NCBI GenBank assembly: GCA_903831455.1
Contig: CAIKXV010000168.1
Location: forward strand, 5,116-69,115
Direction: 5' to 3'
DNA: 64,000 bases
Source of the DNA: an uncultured Pseudomonadota bacterium
GTDB lineage: Bacteria > Pseudomonadota > Gammaproteobacteria > Burkholderiales > CAIKXV01
Every line of letters starts with the position of its first letter. Position 1 is the stretch's first letter. A program made the translations under genes and the position numbers. The notes below the pieces were generated by a model. It made no database searches and was not told the DNA's origin. It worked only from the letters and a program-made list of their open reading frames with translations. Of the stretch, positions 35,436 to 45,268 are shown piece by piece.

Positions 35436-38400
35436 GTGTTCAATGCACTGATCCACGCCAGCCTTCGCCAGCGGGTGTTCGTGCTCGCGTTCTCGGCGGT
35501 GCTGGCGGTCGCCGGGTTGGTGGCGCTGCGCGCGCTGCCGGTGGACGTATTCCCCGATCTCAACCGCCCGACGGTGACGTTGATGACCGAGGCCGAAGGG
35601 ATGGCGGCCGAGGAGGTCGAGCAGCGGGTGAGCTTCCCGATCGAGACGGCGATGGGCGGACTGCCCGGCGTGCTGCGCGTGCGGTCGATGTCCGCAGCCA
35701 GCCTGTCGCTGGTATTCGTCGAGTTCGATTGGGGCACCGACGTCTACCGCAACCGGCAGCTGGTCGCGGAGAGACTCGGCACGGTGGCGGCCCAACTGCC
35801 GCCGCGGGGTGACCCCGGTACTCGGGCCGATCGCGTCGATCATGGGCCAGGTCGTGATGGTGGCGATGCAGGCCGAGCCCGGCAAGGCCGATGCGATGCA
35901 GTTGCGCGAGGCCGCGGACTGGGTCGTCCGGCCGCGGCTGCTGACGATCCCCGGCGTCGCGCAGGTGATCCCGATCGGCGGCGAGGTACGGCAGTACCGG
36001 ATCGCACCGGACCCCCGGCGAATGCGCGCGCTCGGGGTGACGCTCGCCGACATCGAGCAGGCCGCACGGGGATTCGCCCAGAACACCAGCGGTGGCATCG
36101 TCGAGCGCGGCGCCGAGGAAGTGATGCTGCGCAATCTCGCCCGGACCGTACGGTTGGAGGATCTCGCCGGTCTCGTGGTCGCCGTACGTGACGGAACTCC
36201 GGTACGGTTGAACCAGGTGGCGGAGGTCGCGTTTTCGCCCCGCATCCGCCGCGGCGATGCCGGCTACCGCGGCGAGCCTGCGGTGGTGTTGTCGATCGAG
36301 AAACAACCGGGTGTGGATACGCTTCGACTCACCGCGGATGTCGAGCGCGCGCTACGTGAGCTGTCACGCGCGCTACCCGAAGGGGTCAGCGTGAAGAGCG
36401 TGCTGTTCCGGCAGGCGGATTTCATCGAGCGGGCGATCGGCAACGTCGAGCGGGTACTGGTCGAGGCGGCGGTGGCGGTGCTGATCGTGCTCGTGATGTT
36501 TCTCGCCAACGTGCGCACGACGGCGATATCGCTCGCCGCGATCCCGGTGTCCATCCTGGTGACGGTGCTGGTGTTCCACGCATTCGGGCTGTCGATCAAC
36601 ACGATGACCCTGGGCGGCATCGCGATCGCCATCGGCGAGCTGGTCGACGACGCTATCGTGGACGTCGAGAACGTGCTGCGTCGGTTGCGGGAGAACCGCG
36701 CCAGCGCCGCGCCGCTGCCCGGGATCTCGGTGGTGGCCGCAGCTTCCACCGAGATCCGTTCCTCCATCGTCTACGCCACGGCAATCGTGGTTCTGGCGTT
36801 CGTGCCGCTGTTCGCGCTGGCCGGAATCGAGGGCCGGCTGTTCACGCCACTGGGTATCGCCTACGTGGTATCCATTCTCGCCAGCCTCCTCGTCGCGGTC
36901 ACGCTTACCCCGGTACTGTGCTACCTGCTGCTCGCCCGTGACGCGCCGGCTGGCGCCAGCGGTGCGCAGCGGGGCCGCGGGACATCGCTGCTCTCGCGCG
37001 GGGACGGCGTACTGGTGCGAGGACTCAAGCGTATCGACCGCAGGGTGCTCGACTGGTCGTTCGACCGCCCGCGCACGGTGCTCGCGACGGCGGCGCTGCT
37101 CACCGTGCTGGCGGTGTCGTCGGCGCCCTGGCTGCCGCGCACGTTCCTGCCGCCGTTCAACGAGGGCACGCTGACGATCAACCTGCTGCTGGCGCCGGGA
37201 ACCTCGCTCGAGGAGTCGACGCGTGTGGGCGCGCTGGCCGAGCGTCTGCTGCTGCAGGTGCCCGAGGTCGAGCGGGTCGGCCGGCGCACGGGGCGCGCTG
37301 AACTGGACGAGCACGCCGAGGGCGTGCACTCGAGCGAGATCGAGGTGGGGCTGGTCGAGTCGGGACGATCACGCGCCGCCGTGTTGTCCGACATCCGCGA
37401 GCGGCTGGCAGTGCTGCCGGCGGCGATCAACGTCGGCCAGCCGATTTCGCATCGGCTCGACCACATGCTCTCCGGCGTCCGTGCCGAGTTGGTCGTCAAG
37501 GTATACGGCGATGAACTGGAGACGCTGGCGGCGCTCGCGGCCGGCCTCGAGCAGCGCCTGCAGCGAATCGGCGGGCTGGTCGACCTGCAGGTGGAAAAGC
37601 AGGCGTTCGTACCGCAGCAGCGCGTGCGTATCGACGCCGAACGCGCTGCCGCGCAGGGGGTGACCCCGGCTGCGGTGGCTCAGGCGCTGGCGGTGATGGC
37701 CAATGGCGAAGTGGTATCGCAGGTGTTCGATGGAGCACGCCGGTTCGACGTCGTGCTGCGCCTGTCCGATCGCGACCGCGGTGCCGATCCCGCGGCAGGG
37801 TTGGCCGGGCTGCTGGTCGCCACGCCTGGCGGACAGGTGCCGCTGGCCCAGCTCGCGACGATCGAGGACGGAATCGGGCCGAACCAGATCGGCCGGGAGA
37901 ATGGCAGGCGCCGCATCGCGGTGTATGCGAACACCGACGGTGGCGACATGGCTGCGATCGTCGCTGCCGTGCGGGCTGAGCTTGGCGCGTTCGCACTCCC
38001 TGCGGGCTACTTCACCGTACTGGAGGGGCAGTTCCAGGCACAGGAGGAGGCCACTACGCGAATCGGGCTCCTGGCGCTCGTCTCGCTGGCGCTGGTGTTC
38101 GCGGTTCTTTACGCGCGATACCGGTCGATGACGCTGGCGCTGGTGATCATGGCGAACGTGCCGATGGCGATGGTTGGCGGCATCGCCGCGCTGTGGATCG
38201 CCGGCGAGGCGCTGTCGGTGGCCAGTCTGGTGGGCTTCGTCACCCTGACGGGCATCGCCGCGCGCAACGGCATCCTGAAGGTGAGCCATTACGTGAACCT
38301 GGTGCTGCACGAGGGCGAGTCGTTCGGCCGCGCGATGGTGCTGCGCGGCAGCCTGGAGCGGTTGACGCCCGTGCTGATGACCGCGCTGACCGCGGCAGTG

Positions 38401-38592
38401 GCGCTGGCGCCGCTGCTCCTGGCCGCCGACCAACCGGGCAAGGAAGTCCTGTACCCGGTGGCACTCGTGATCTTTGGCGGGCTTTCGAGTTCGGTTCTAC
38501 TGGATACGCTGGTCACGCCGGTGATGTTCCTGCGTTGGGGCGGGCCCGCTGTTGCGCGGCTGGCCGCAGCGCGCACCGATGATCGATTCTGA
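35436..38592 (+). pseudogene. Heavy-metal efflux RND pump (CusA/CzcA family) interrupted by a +1 frameshift near 35805
   Basis: ORF 35436..36191 encodes the CusA-like N-terminus only up to ...[12 protein letters not shown] 35809..38592 continues as (G)[16 protein letters not shown]... in the +1 frame. Joined, the product is about 1051 aa and colinear with CusA. Confidence 0.85.
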
Positions 38593-38605
38593 GAGGAGCA
38601 AGACG

Positions 38606-39088
38606 ATGGCAAAGCCCCCACCCTGCGTGCGCCGCACCGGCGTGGCCGGTTCGCGGCGCGGGTTCCTGCTTGGCATGGCTGCATCGGCGCTGCCGCTATC
38701 GGTCTTTGCGCATACCAACGATGCGCTGAAGACCGTGATCGGTCCGAATGGCGGGCAGGTGCGCGCCACGCTCGCGCTGCACCTCGAACTGGTGGTCCGG
38801 CCAACCGAAGTGGCGGTCTATGTCGCCGATCATGACGACAAGCGGCTATCCACGCGTGGCGCCACCGGCCACGTCGTACTGCTGCTCGGTGCCGAGCGCA
38901 CCGAGGCGAAGCTCGAACCTTTCGGGGAGAACGGGCTGCGTGCGACCGGACGCTTCCCGGTCGACCCGAGGTTGCGCGTGGTGGTGTCAGTCACCCTCTC
39001 GGGCGGCAAGGCCCAGCAGGAACGTTTCGAACCGTTCAACCCCAAGGTCACGGCAGCCGCGAAATCGGCCGCCGGATCCAGTCGCTGA
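38606..39088 (+). CDS. Tat-exported small periplasmic protein of unknown function (metal-efflux associated)
   Basis: ATG at 38606 preceded by GAGGAG. Twin-arginine motif SRRGFLLG and predicted cleavage VFA|HT. The mature ~125-aa part looks beta-rich. It lies directly downstream of the RND gene. Confidence 0.65.
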   Translation: MAKPPPCVRRTGVAGSRRGFLLGMAASALPLSVFAHTNDALKTVIGPNGGQVRATLALHLELVVRPTEVAVYVADHDDKRLSTRGATGHVVLLLGAERTEAKLEPFGENGLRATGRFPVDPRLRVVVSVTLSGGKAQQERFEPFNPKVTAAAKSAAGSSR

Positions 39089-39211
39089 TCGGCCACCGTG
39101 AGCATCGCGCAGCGTGCCGGCTGCACAGACACCGGGCAGCGCCAGTCTCCGCCCGAGGCTTTCGCGGTTGCCCGGGTCCTCTCCCGGTTCCCGCATGACG
39201 AGTCCTTCAAA

Positions 39212-39628
39212 ATGACCCGATCCCTCGCTTCCTTGCGCATCCCCCTTCTCGGGGTCGTGACCTTCCTCGCATGCATTGGCGCGAGCGCTGCGCTGGCGCA
39301 GGCGCCAGCCGCTGCCGGGCATGCGACCCACGGGACGCATTCGCCACAGGGCACGGCGGTCGCGACCGAGCGTAGCGCGTCGACCCGCGAATTCCAGAAG
39401 GTCAACGAGCGGATGCATCGCGACATGTCGATCCGCTTCAGCGGCGATGCCGACGTGGACTTCATCCGCGGCATGATCCCGCACCACCAGGGCGCCATCG
39501 ATATGGCGCGTGTGATGCTGAAGTACGGCAAGGACCCCGAGGTGCGCAAGCTCGCCGAGGACATCATCAAGGCCCAGGAGTCGGAGATCGCCTGGATGCG
39601 CGCCTGGCTGAAGCGGCGCGGGCAGTAG
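39212..39628 (+). CDS. DUF305 domain protein (secreted, metal-stress associated)
   Basis: In ORF 39098..39628. Signal peptide, then [53 protein letters not shown], the classic DUF305 four-helix motif. Confidence 0.82.
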   Translation: MTRSLASLRIPLLGVVTFLACIGASAALAQAPAAAGHATHGTHSPQGTAVATERSASTREFQKVNERMHRDMSIRFSGDADVDFIRGMIPHHQGAIDMARVMLKYGKDPEVRKLAEDIIKAQESEIAWMRAWLKRRGQ

Positions 39629-39784
39629 CGGTCGTCCTGGTTCAGGGGGCGGGGCGGACCGTCTCCGTTCCCGCAGCGCGCGGGTTTGCACGGAGCGCCG
39701 TCCGAGCGCGAGGCTTGCCTGCATAACGCTCGCTCGCGGACAATGCCGGTGCTTGCCCGCGATGACGGGCGAGGAGACGCGAGC

Positions 39785-41206
39785 ATGGGCAGAACGCTGA
39801 TCAGTGGGGCTTCGATCATCTCGATGGATGACGACGTGGGCGAATTGCCCGTCGGCGACATCCTGGTGGAGGACGGTCGCATCGCCGCGGTGGCCCCGCA
39901 CATCAAGGCGGGTGCCGCCGAGATCGTGAATGCGGCGCACATGATCGCGATCCCCGGCCTCGTCAACTCGCACATCCATACCTGGGAGGTGGCGTTGCGG
40001 GGAATCGGCGCGGACTGGGTGAGTGCGCGCGACTACTTCGGCACGATGCACGCGAACCTCACCCACCGGTTCGAGGCCGAGGACAACCGCGTGGTCAACC
40101 TCTACGGTGCGCTGGCGGCGATCGACGGTGGCACCACCACGATCCTCGACTGGTGCCACAACCTGCGCAGCGGCGACATGGCCGATGCGGCGATCGACGG
40201 GCTCGAAGCCTCGGGTATCCGCGCGGTGTTCGGGCACGGCACCGCCAAGACCATGTACGAGAAGGCGGGCGACGGGCGCTCGTACACCGAGATCGGCCAG
40301 CCGCGGGCCGAGGTGCATCGGCTGCGCACCGGCCGGCTCGCGAGCGACGAGGCGCTCGTGACGATGGCCCTGGCCATCCTCGGGCCGGACTGGAGCACCT
40401 GGGAGACGACCGAGTCCGACGTGCGGCTCGCCCGCGAGTACGGGCTGATCCACAGCGCGCACACGTTCGGGCGTGCGGGCAAGCGGATGACGCCCGACGG
40501 CATGTGGCGCCTGGCGAAGGCCGGCCTGCTCGGCCCCGACCACAACGTCGTGCACGGCAACTGCCTGCCCGACGACGAGCTGAAGATGATCGTCGAGTCC
40601 GGTTGCTCGGTGTCGGCCACCTGCATGGCCGAGATGCTCAACTGCGAGGAGCCAGCCCTGCTCGGGCGCTGGGAGCGATACGGCGGCCTGCCCTCGATCG
40701 GCACCGACGTCGATCCGTACTTCTGCGCCTCGATGCTGGCCGAGATGCGGCGGTGCTTCCTGCACCAGCGCGAACTGGACAATCGCGAGGCGGCGGCCGC
40801 GGGTCGGTATCCCCCGTCGGCTCACATGACCACGACGCGCTCGGCCCTGCGCTGGGCGACCGTGGGCGGAGCGCGGGCGCTGCGCATGGAGTCGCGCATC
40901 GGTTCGATCACGCCCGGCAAGCAGGCAGACCTCGTTCTCGTGCGCGCCGGGGACCTCAATCTCTTCCCGTCGCTGCCCGGAGGCGATCCGGTGCACACCG
41001 TGGTGATGGGCGCCGAGGCCGCGAATGTCGACAGCGTGATGGTCGCCGGTCGCTTCGTGAAGCGGCACGGGCGACTGTGCTTCCCCGAGACCTCGCTGCA
41101 GCGCCTGCGCGAGGCGCTGCTCGGCGTTCGGGAGCGGGTGATGGCGCGCGGCGGGTACGCCTATCGTCCGGTCGCGCCCGCACCACGCCCGGCTGGCGCC
41201 GCCTGA
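39785..41206 (+). CDS. Amidohydrolase-superfamily protein (chlorohydrolase/deaminase-like)
   Basis: In ORF 39686..41206. MGRTLISGASIISMDDD..., metal-binding HxH (PGLVNSHIHTWE), later HG/H and D ligand regions. Confidence 0.78.
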   Translation: MGRTLISGASIISMDDDVGELPVGDILVEDGRIAAVAPHIKAGAAEIVNAAHMIAIPGLVNSHIHTWEVALRGIGADWVSARDYFGTMHANLTHRFEAEDNRVVNLYGALAAIDGGTTTILDWCHNLRSGDMADAAIDGLEASGIRAVFGHGTAKTMYEKAGDGRSYTEIGQPRAEVHRLRTGRLASDEALVTMALAILGPDWSTWETTESDVRLAREYGLIHSAHTFGRAGKRMTPDGMWRLAKAGLLGPDHNVVHGNCLPDDELKMIVESGCSVSATCMAEMLNCEEPALLGRWERYGGLPSIGTDVDPYFCASMLAEMRRCFLHQRELDNREAAAAGRYPPSAHMTTTRSALRWATVGGARALRMESRIGSITPGKQADLVLVRAGDLNLFPSLPGGDPVHTVVMGAEAANVDSVMVAGRFVKRHGRLCFPETSLQRLREALLGVRERVMARGGYAYRPVAPAPRPAGAA

Positions 41207-41312
41207 ATCGTCGGCGTCCGAGCACGCCTGCGCTCGACGCCTCGGTGCGGGCGGGCGCGTCGCCGGGCAGGGGCCGTGGGCAGGACCGGTGGCCGGTCGA
41301 TCCCGGGCCGGG

Positions 41313-42050
41313 TCAGGGTTTGCGCGACAGCTCGATGAAGCGGTTGCGCATCTCGTCGTAGCGGGTGCGGATGGTGATCTGCTCGGCGCGGCGCTGCGCG
41401 ATGACCTTTTCCATCGCAGCGGTGTCGGCCGTGGCTTTCAGGTAGTCGTCGCGCAGCGATGTCGGCACCGGCTTGCCGCTCTTGGCCACGGCGTCGATGC
41501 GGCGCCGGATATCCGCCTCGTTCGCGCGCAACTGGTTGAGTTCGCCCTGAAGGCCGCCCAGCGCCACCTCGAGCTGGGCGAGGTCGCGATCGCGGCGCGC
41601 GTTGATTTCCTGTTCGCTGGAGAACGAGGCGAGCAGCACCTGGTCGCGCTTGCGCTGGGCGACCCTCGCCTCCTCGGCCTCGCGTCGGCGGGCCTCTTCT
41701 TCCTTGCGGATCCGCTGCTGCTCCGGGGTCAGTTCCGCTTCGGTCTTCTTGACCGTGACACCGCGGCGGTTGAGTTCGCGGATCTCGTAATTGGCGTATT
41801 CGGGAGGTACGGAGTAGCCGCAGCCCAGTTGCCGGCCGGACTTGTCGTACCAGCAGACCATGTTCCCGCTCGGGGTCGACGGACTGGACGGGGCGGGCTT
41901 GTTCTGGGCGAAGACGCACGTGGGGGCCAGCAGGCTCGCGAGCGCCAGGCCGAGCGCGGTGGGCACCAGGCGCGAGACCCGGCCGCTCGACGCGCCTCGC
42001 GCACCGACAGGGTCTTCTGTCCTGATGAGAGAGCCGTCGCCCGCGATCAT
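41313..42050 (-). CDS. DUF4124-like secreted coiled-coil protein
   Basis: 245 aa. Signal peptide (LGLALASLLAPTCVFA), CWYDKSGRQLGCGYSVPPEY DUF4124-like head, then a long Glu/Arg/Gln coiled coil. Start uncertain. Confidence 0.6.
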   Translation of the reverse strand: MIAGDGSLIRTEDPVGARGASSGRVSRLVPTALGLALASLLAPTCVFAQNKPAPSSPSTPSGNMVCWYDKSGRQLGCGYSVPPEYANYEIRELNRRGVTVKKTEAELTPEQQRIRKEEEARRREAEEARVAQRKRDQVLLASFSSEQEINARRDRDLAQLEVALGGLQGELNQLRANEADIRRRIDAVAKSGKPVPTSLRDDYLKATADTAAMEKVIAQRRAEQITIRTRYDEMRNRFIELSRKP

Positions 42051-42051
42051 T

Positions 42052-42693
42052 TCAGTGACTCCCGTACCGGTTCCTGTAATCGCGTACGGCGGCCAGCGAT
42101 CCGGCCATCGTCGGGTCGCGCCCGAGGTACTCGACCACGTCGTCGAGGTTGGCGATGCTGATCACGGGCAGCCCCATCTGCCGGCGCACCTCGTCGACTG
42201 CGGACAGTGCTCCCGTGCCACGCTCCATCCGGTCGAGTGCGATCACCACGCCTGCGGCACTCGCACCGGCGGCCTCGATGTGCGCGAGGGATTCGCGCAC
42301 CGACGTGCCGGCGGAGATCACGTCATCGACGATCAGCACGCGCCCCTGCAGCGGGGCGCCGATGATCGCGCCGCCCTCGCCGTGATCCTTGATCTCCTTG
42401 CGATTGAACGCATAGGGGAAGTTGTGGCCCGCGCGTGCCAGCGCGATCGATACGCCGCTCACCAGCGGGATGCCCTTGTAGGCGGGTCCGTAGAGCATGT
42501 CGAACGCGATGCCCGAGGCCATGATGCCCTCGGCGTAGAGTTCGGTGAGACGGGCGAGCGACGCGCCGTCATTGAACAGGCCCGAGTCGAAGAAATAGGG
42601 CGAGGTGCGCCCTGCCTTGGTCACGAACTGACCGAAGCGCAGAGCCTGGCGCGAGGCGGCGAACGCGACGAACTGCTGACGATAAGTGTCCAT
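42052..42693 (-). CDS. pyrE: Orotate phosphoribosyltransferase
   Basis: 213 aa. LRFGQFVTKAGRTSPYFFD and PRPP-binding motif VLIVDDVISAGTS. Confidence 0.95.
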   Translation of the reverse strand: MDTYRQQFVAFAASRQALRFGQFVTKAGRTSPYFFDSGLFNDGASLARLTELYAEGIMASGIAFDMLYGPAYKGIPLVSGVSIALARAGHNFPYAFNRKEIKDHGEGGAIIGAPLQGRVLIVDDVISAGTSVRESLAHIEAAGASAAGVVIALDRMERGTGALSAVDEVRRQMGLPVISIANLDDVVEYLGRDPTMAGSLAAVRDYRNRYGSH

Positions 42694-42880
42694 GTGTATC
42701 CGAATATGCGGGAAAATGCCGGCTGCTCAAAGACCTTGCGTCGCTTCCTGCCTGCCGCCGGTCCGTTGGGCGTCATTGTGACATCCTCCCGACCCGGGAT
42801 TCGCGCGCGTTGGGAATCCTTTGCGAGCGGGAGCGCATGCGAATTTCGTGCCGGGTCTTTTTCCTGACAGGAGTGGCCTG

Positions 42881-43654
42881 TTGCGTCTGACCTCGATCAA
42901 CCTGAACGGACTGCGGTCAGCCGCGGGCAAGGGCGTGCTGGAGTGGCTGAGTCGCAGTCGCAGCGATGTCGTCTGCATGCAGGAGGTCAAGGCCCAGCCC
43001 GCCGACCTCGAGCCTCGCCTGCTGACGCCGAAGGGCTGGCACGTGGCCTTCCACTGCGCGCAGCGCAAGGGCTACAGCGGCGTGGCGATCTGGTCGCGTC
43101 GCGAGCCCGACCGCATCGTCGAGGGCATCGGAGTTGCCGACATCGACGTCGAGGGGCGTTTCCTGCGCTGCGATTTCGGCCCGGTCTCGGTGATCTCGCT
43201 CTACTTGCCGTCCGGGTCGGCCGGACCCCATCGCCAGGAGGCGAAGTTCGCGTTCATGCGGCAGTTCGACCCGGTGCTCGCTGCCCTCGCCCGGGAAGGG
43301 CGCGAGATCGTGCTCTGCGGCGACTGGAACATCGCCCATCGCGAGATCGACCTGAAGAACTGGAGATCCAACCGAGGCAATTCCGGGTTCCTGCCCGAGG
43401 AGAGGGCCTGGATCGGTGACGTGTTCGACCGCCACGGCTATGTGGACGTGTTCCGTCGCCTCGATCCGCGACCGGACCAGTACACCTGGTGGTCGAATCG
43501 CGGGCAGGCCTGGGACAGGAACGTCGGATGGCGCATCGACTACCACATCGCCACGCCCGGGCTGGCCGCGCGCGCGACGCGGGCGGCCATCTACAAGGCG
43601 CGGCGCTTCTCCGACCATGCGCCGCTGACGATCGACTATGACATCGACTGGTGA
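42881..43654 (+). CDS. xthA: Exodeoxyribonuclease III
   Basis: In ORF 42821..43654. TTG at 42881 preceded by AGGAG. LRLTSINLNGLRSA..., VVCMQEVK, CGDWNIAHREIDL, RIDYHIATP, SDHAPLTIDY. Confidence 0.9.
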   Translation: MRLTSINLNGLRSAAGKGVLEWLSRSRSDVVCMQEVKAQPADLEPRLLTPKGWHVAFHCAQRKGYSGVAIWSRREPDRIVEGIGVADIDVEGRFLRCDFGPVSVISLYLPSGSAGPHRQEAKFAFMRQFDPVLAALAREGREIVLCGDWNIAHREIDLKNWRSNRGNSGFLPEERAWIGDVFDRHGYVDVFRRLDPRPDQYTWWSNRGQAWDRNVGWRIDYHIATPGLAARATRAAIYKARRFSDHAPLTIDYDIDW

Positions 43655-45083
43655 CAGCGCGCCCGCCGCCGCCCGCACCGGCTGGCGAGGCTGGGCGGAT
43701 GCCGCGCGAGTGTACGGAGAGCCGACGGTCGCGCGCATGCTGCTGCTGGGCTTCTCCGCCGGGTTGCCGCTGCTGCTCGTCTTCGGCACGCTGTCCTTCT
43801 GGCTGCGCGAGGCGGGGGTCGATCGCACCACCATCGGGTTCCTGAGCTGGGTGGCCATGGCCTACGCGTTCAAGTGGGTCTGGGCGCCGCTGGTCGATCG
43901 CCTGCCGCTGCCGCTGCTCACCCGTGCGCTGGGTCGCCGACGCGCATGGCTGCTGCTCTCCCAACTGGCGATCATCGCGGCGCTCTGCGCGATGGCCACC
44001 TGCGACCCCCAGGTATCGCTGCGCCCGCTGGTGCTGGCGGCCGTCGCGCTCGCGTTCGCCTCGGCCACCCAGGACATCGCCCTCGACGCCTACCGGATCG
44101 AGTCGGCCGGCGTCGAGCGCCAGGCCGCGATGGCCGCGGCGTACCAGACCGGCTACCGGCTGGCGATGATCTGGTCCGGCGCCGGCGTGCTGTGGATCGC
44201 GGCCCGGTTCGATCCGAGCGAAGCGACGTACGAGCAGGCGCCGTGGATGGTGGCCTACCTCGCGATGGCGGCCTCGATGCTGGTGGGCGTGCTGACCGTG
44301 CTGCTCTCGCCCGAGCCGGCGGCCCGGACGCAGGAGGACGCCCGGGCCGAGGAGCGTGCGCTGGCCGAGCGGCTTGCCCGGCGCCTGCCCGCGCCGCTGG
44401 CGCGGCTCGGCGCGTGGATCCACCACGCGGCGGTGAATCCGTTCGCGGAGTTCGTGCGGCGCTATCGCTGGCACGCGCTGCTCGTCCTGGCGCTGATCGC
44501 GGTCTATCGGGTCTCGGACGTCGTGATGGGCGTGATGGCCAACCCGTTCTACCGCGACCTCGGCTATACCAAGGACGAGGTGGCCGCGGTGTCCAAGGTC
44601 TATGGCCTGGTCATGACGCTCGTCGGCGTCGGGCTGGGCGGGATCCTGTCGATGCGGCTGGGCGTGATGCGGGTGCTGTTCCTCGGCGCGCTGCTCTCCG
44701 CGCTCACGAACCTGCTGTTCTCCTGGCTGGCCGGCCACGGCCACGACGTGGGCGCGCTGATCCTGGTCGTCGCCGCGGACAATCTCTCGGCGGGCATCGC
44801 GTCCTCGGCCTTCATCGCCTACCTGTCGGGGCTGACCCATGTGTCCTACTCGGCGACGCAGTACGCGCTGTTCACTTCGGTGATGCTGCTGCTGCCCAAG
44901 TTCCTGGCCGGGTTCTCCGGCTGGGTGGTGGACCAGGTCGGGTACGGCTGGTTCTTCGCAGGGACCGCACTGCTCGGACTGCCGGTGCTCGCGCTCGTGT
45001 GGCTGGCCGGCCGGGTACGCCCGGTCGGCGGCTCGACCACGCGGCCGGCACCCGGCGAGGTGTCCCCCGGTGGAACCGGCTGA
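43638..45083 (+). CDS. ampG: AmpG-family muropeptide MFS permease
   Basis: 481 aa. LLLGFSAGLPLLLVFGTLSFWLREAGV...FKWVWAPLVDR, the AmpG N-terminal signature, and 12-14 TM helices. Confidence 0.88.
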   Translation: MTSTGDSAPAAARTGWRGWADAARVYGEPTVARMLLLGFSAGLPLLLVFGTLSFWLREAGVDRTTIGFLSWVAMAYAFKWVWAPLVDRLPLPLLTRALGRRRAWLLLSQLAIIAALCAMATCDPQVSLRPLVLAAVALAFASATQDIALDAYRIESAGVERQAAMAAAYQTGYRLAMIWSGAGVLWIAARFDPSEATYEQAPWMVAYLAMAASMLVGVLTVLLSPEPAARTQEDARAEERALAERLARRLPAPLARLGAWIHHAAVNPFAEFVRRYRWHALLVLALIAVYRVSDVVMGVMANPFYRDLGYTKDEVAAVSKVYGLVMTLVGVGLGGILSMRLGVMRVLFLGALLSALTNLLFSWLAGHGHDVGALILVVAADNLSAGIASSAFIAYLSGLTHVSYSATQYALFTSVMLLLPKFLAGFSGWVVDQVGYGWFFAGTALLGLPVLALVWLAGRVRPVGGSTTRPAPGEVSPGGTG

Positions 45084-45268
45084 GAACGGGGCACCGGGTC
45101 GCGCGGCGCCCGGCGACCTGGCGCCGCGCGGCAAAGGGGCCGGCGCGATGGCTCGATCTCGCCGAGAGGCGCGCCGGTCCGGCCCCACGGCCCGGTGCGC
45201 CAGCCAGCCCCGGACCGCCCTGACTCCGGCGACAATCGGGGACATGACAACGAGGAGGTGAGCGGCAC

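Noticed and set aside
35796-35811. Programmed ribosomal frameshift in the RND pump gene
   Set aside because: There is no slippery heptamer or obvious stimulatory structure. The site is a plain GC run (ccgccgcggggtg), and removing one base restores a conserved LPPGVTP block. A mutation or sequencing error is far more likely.
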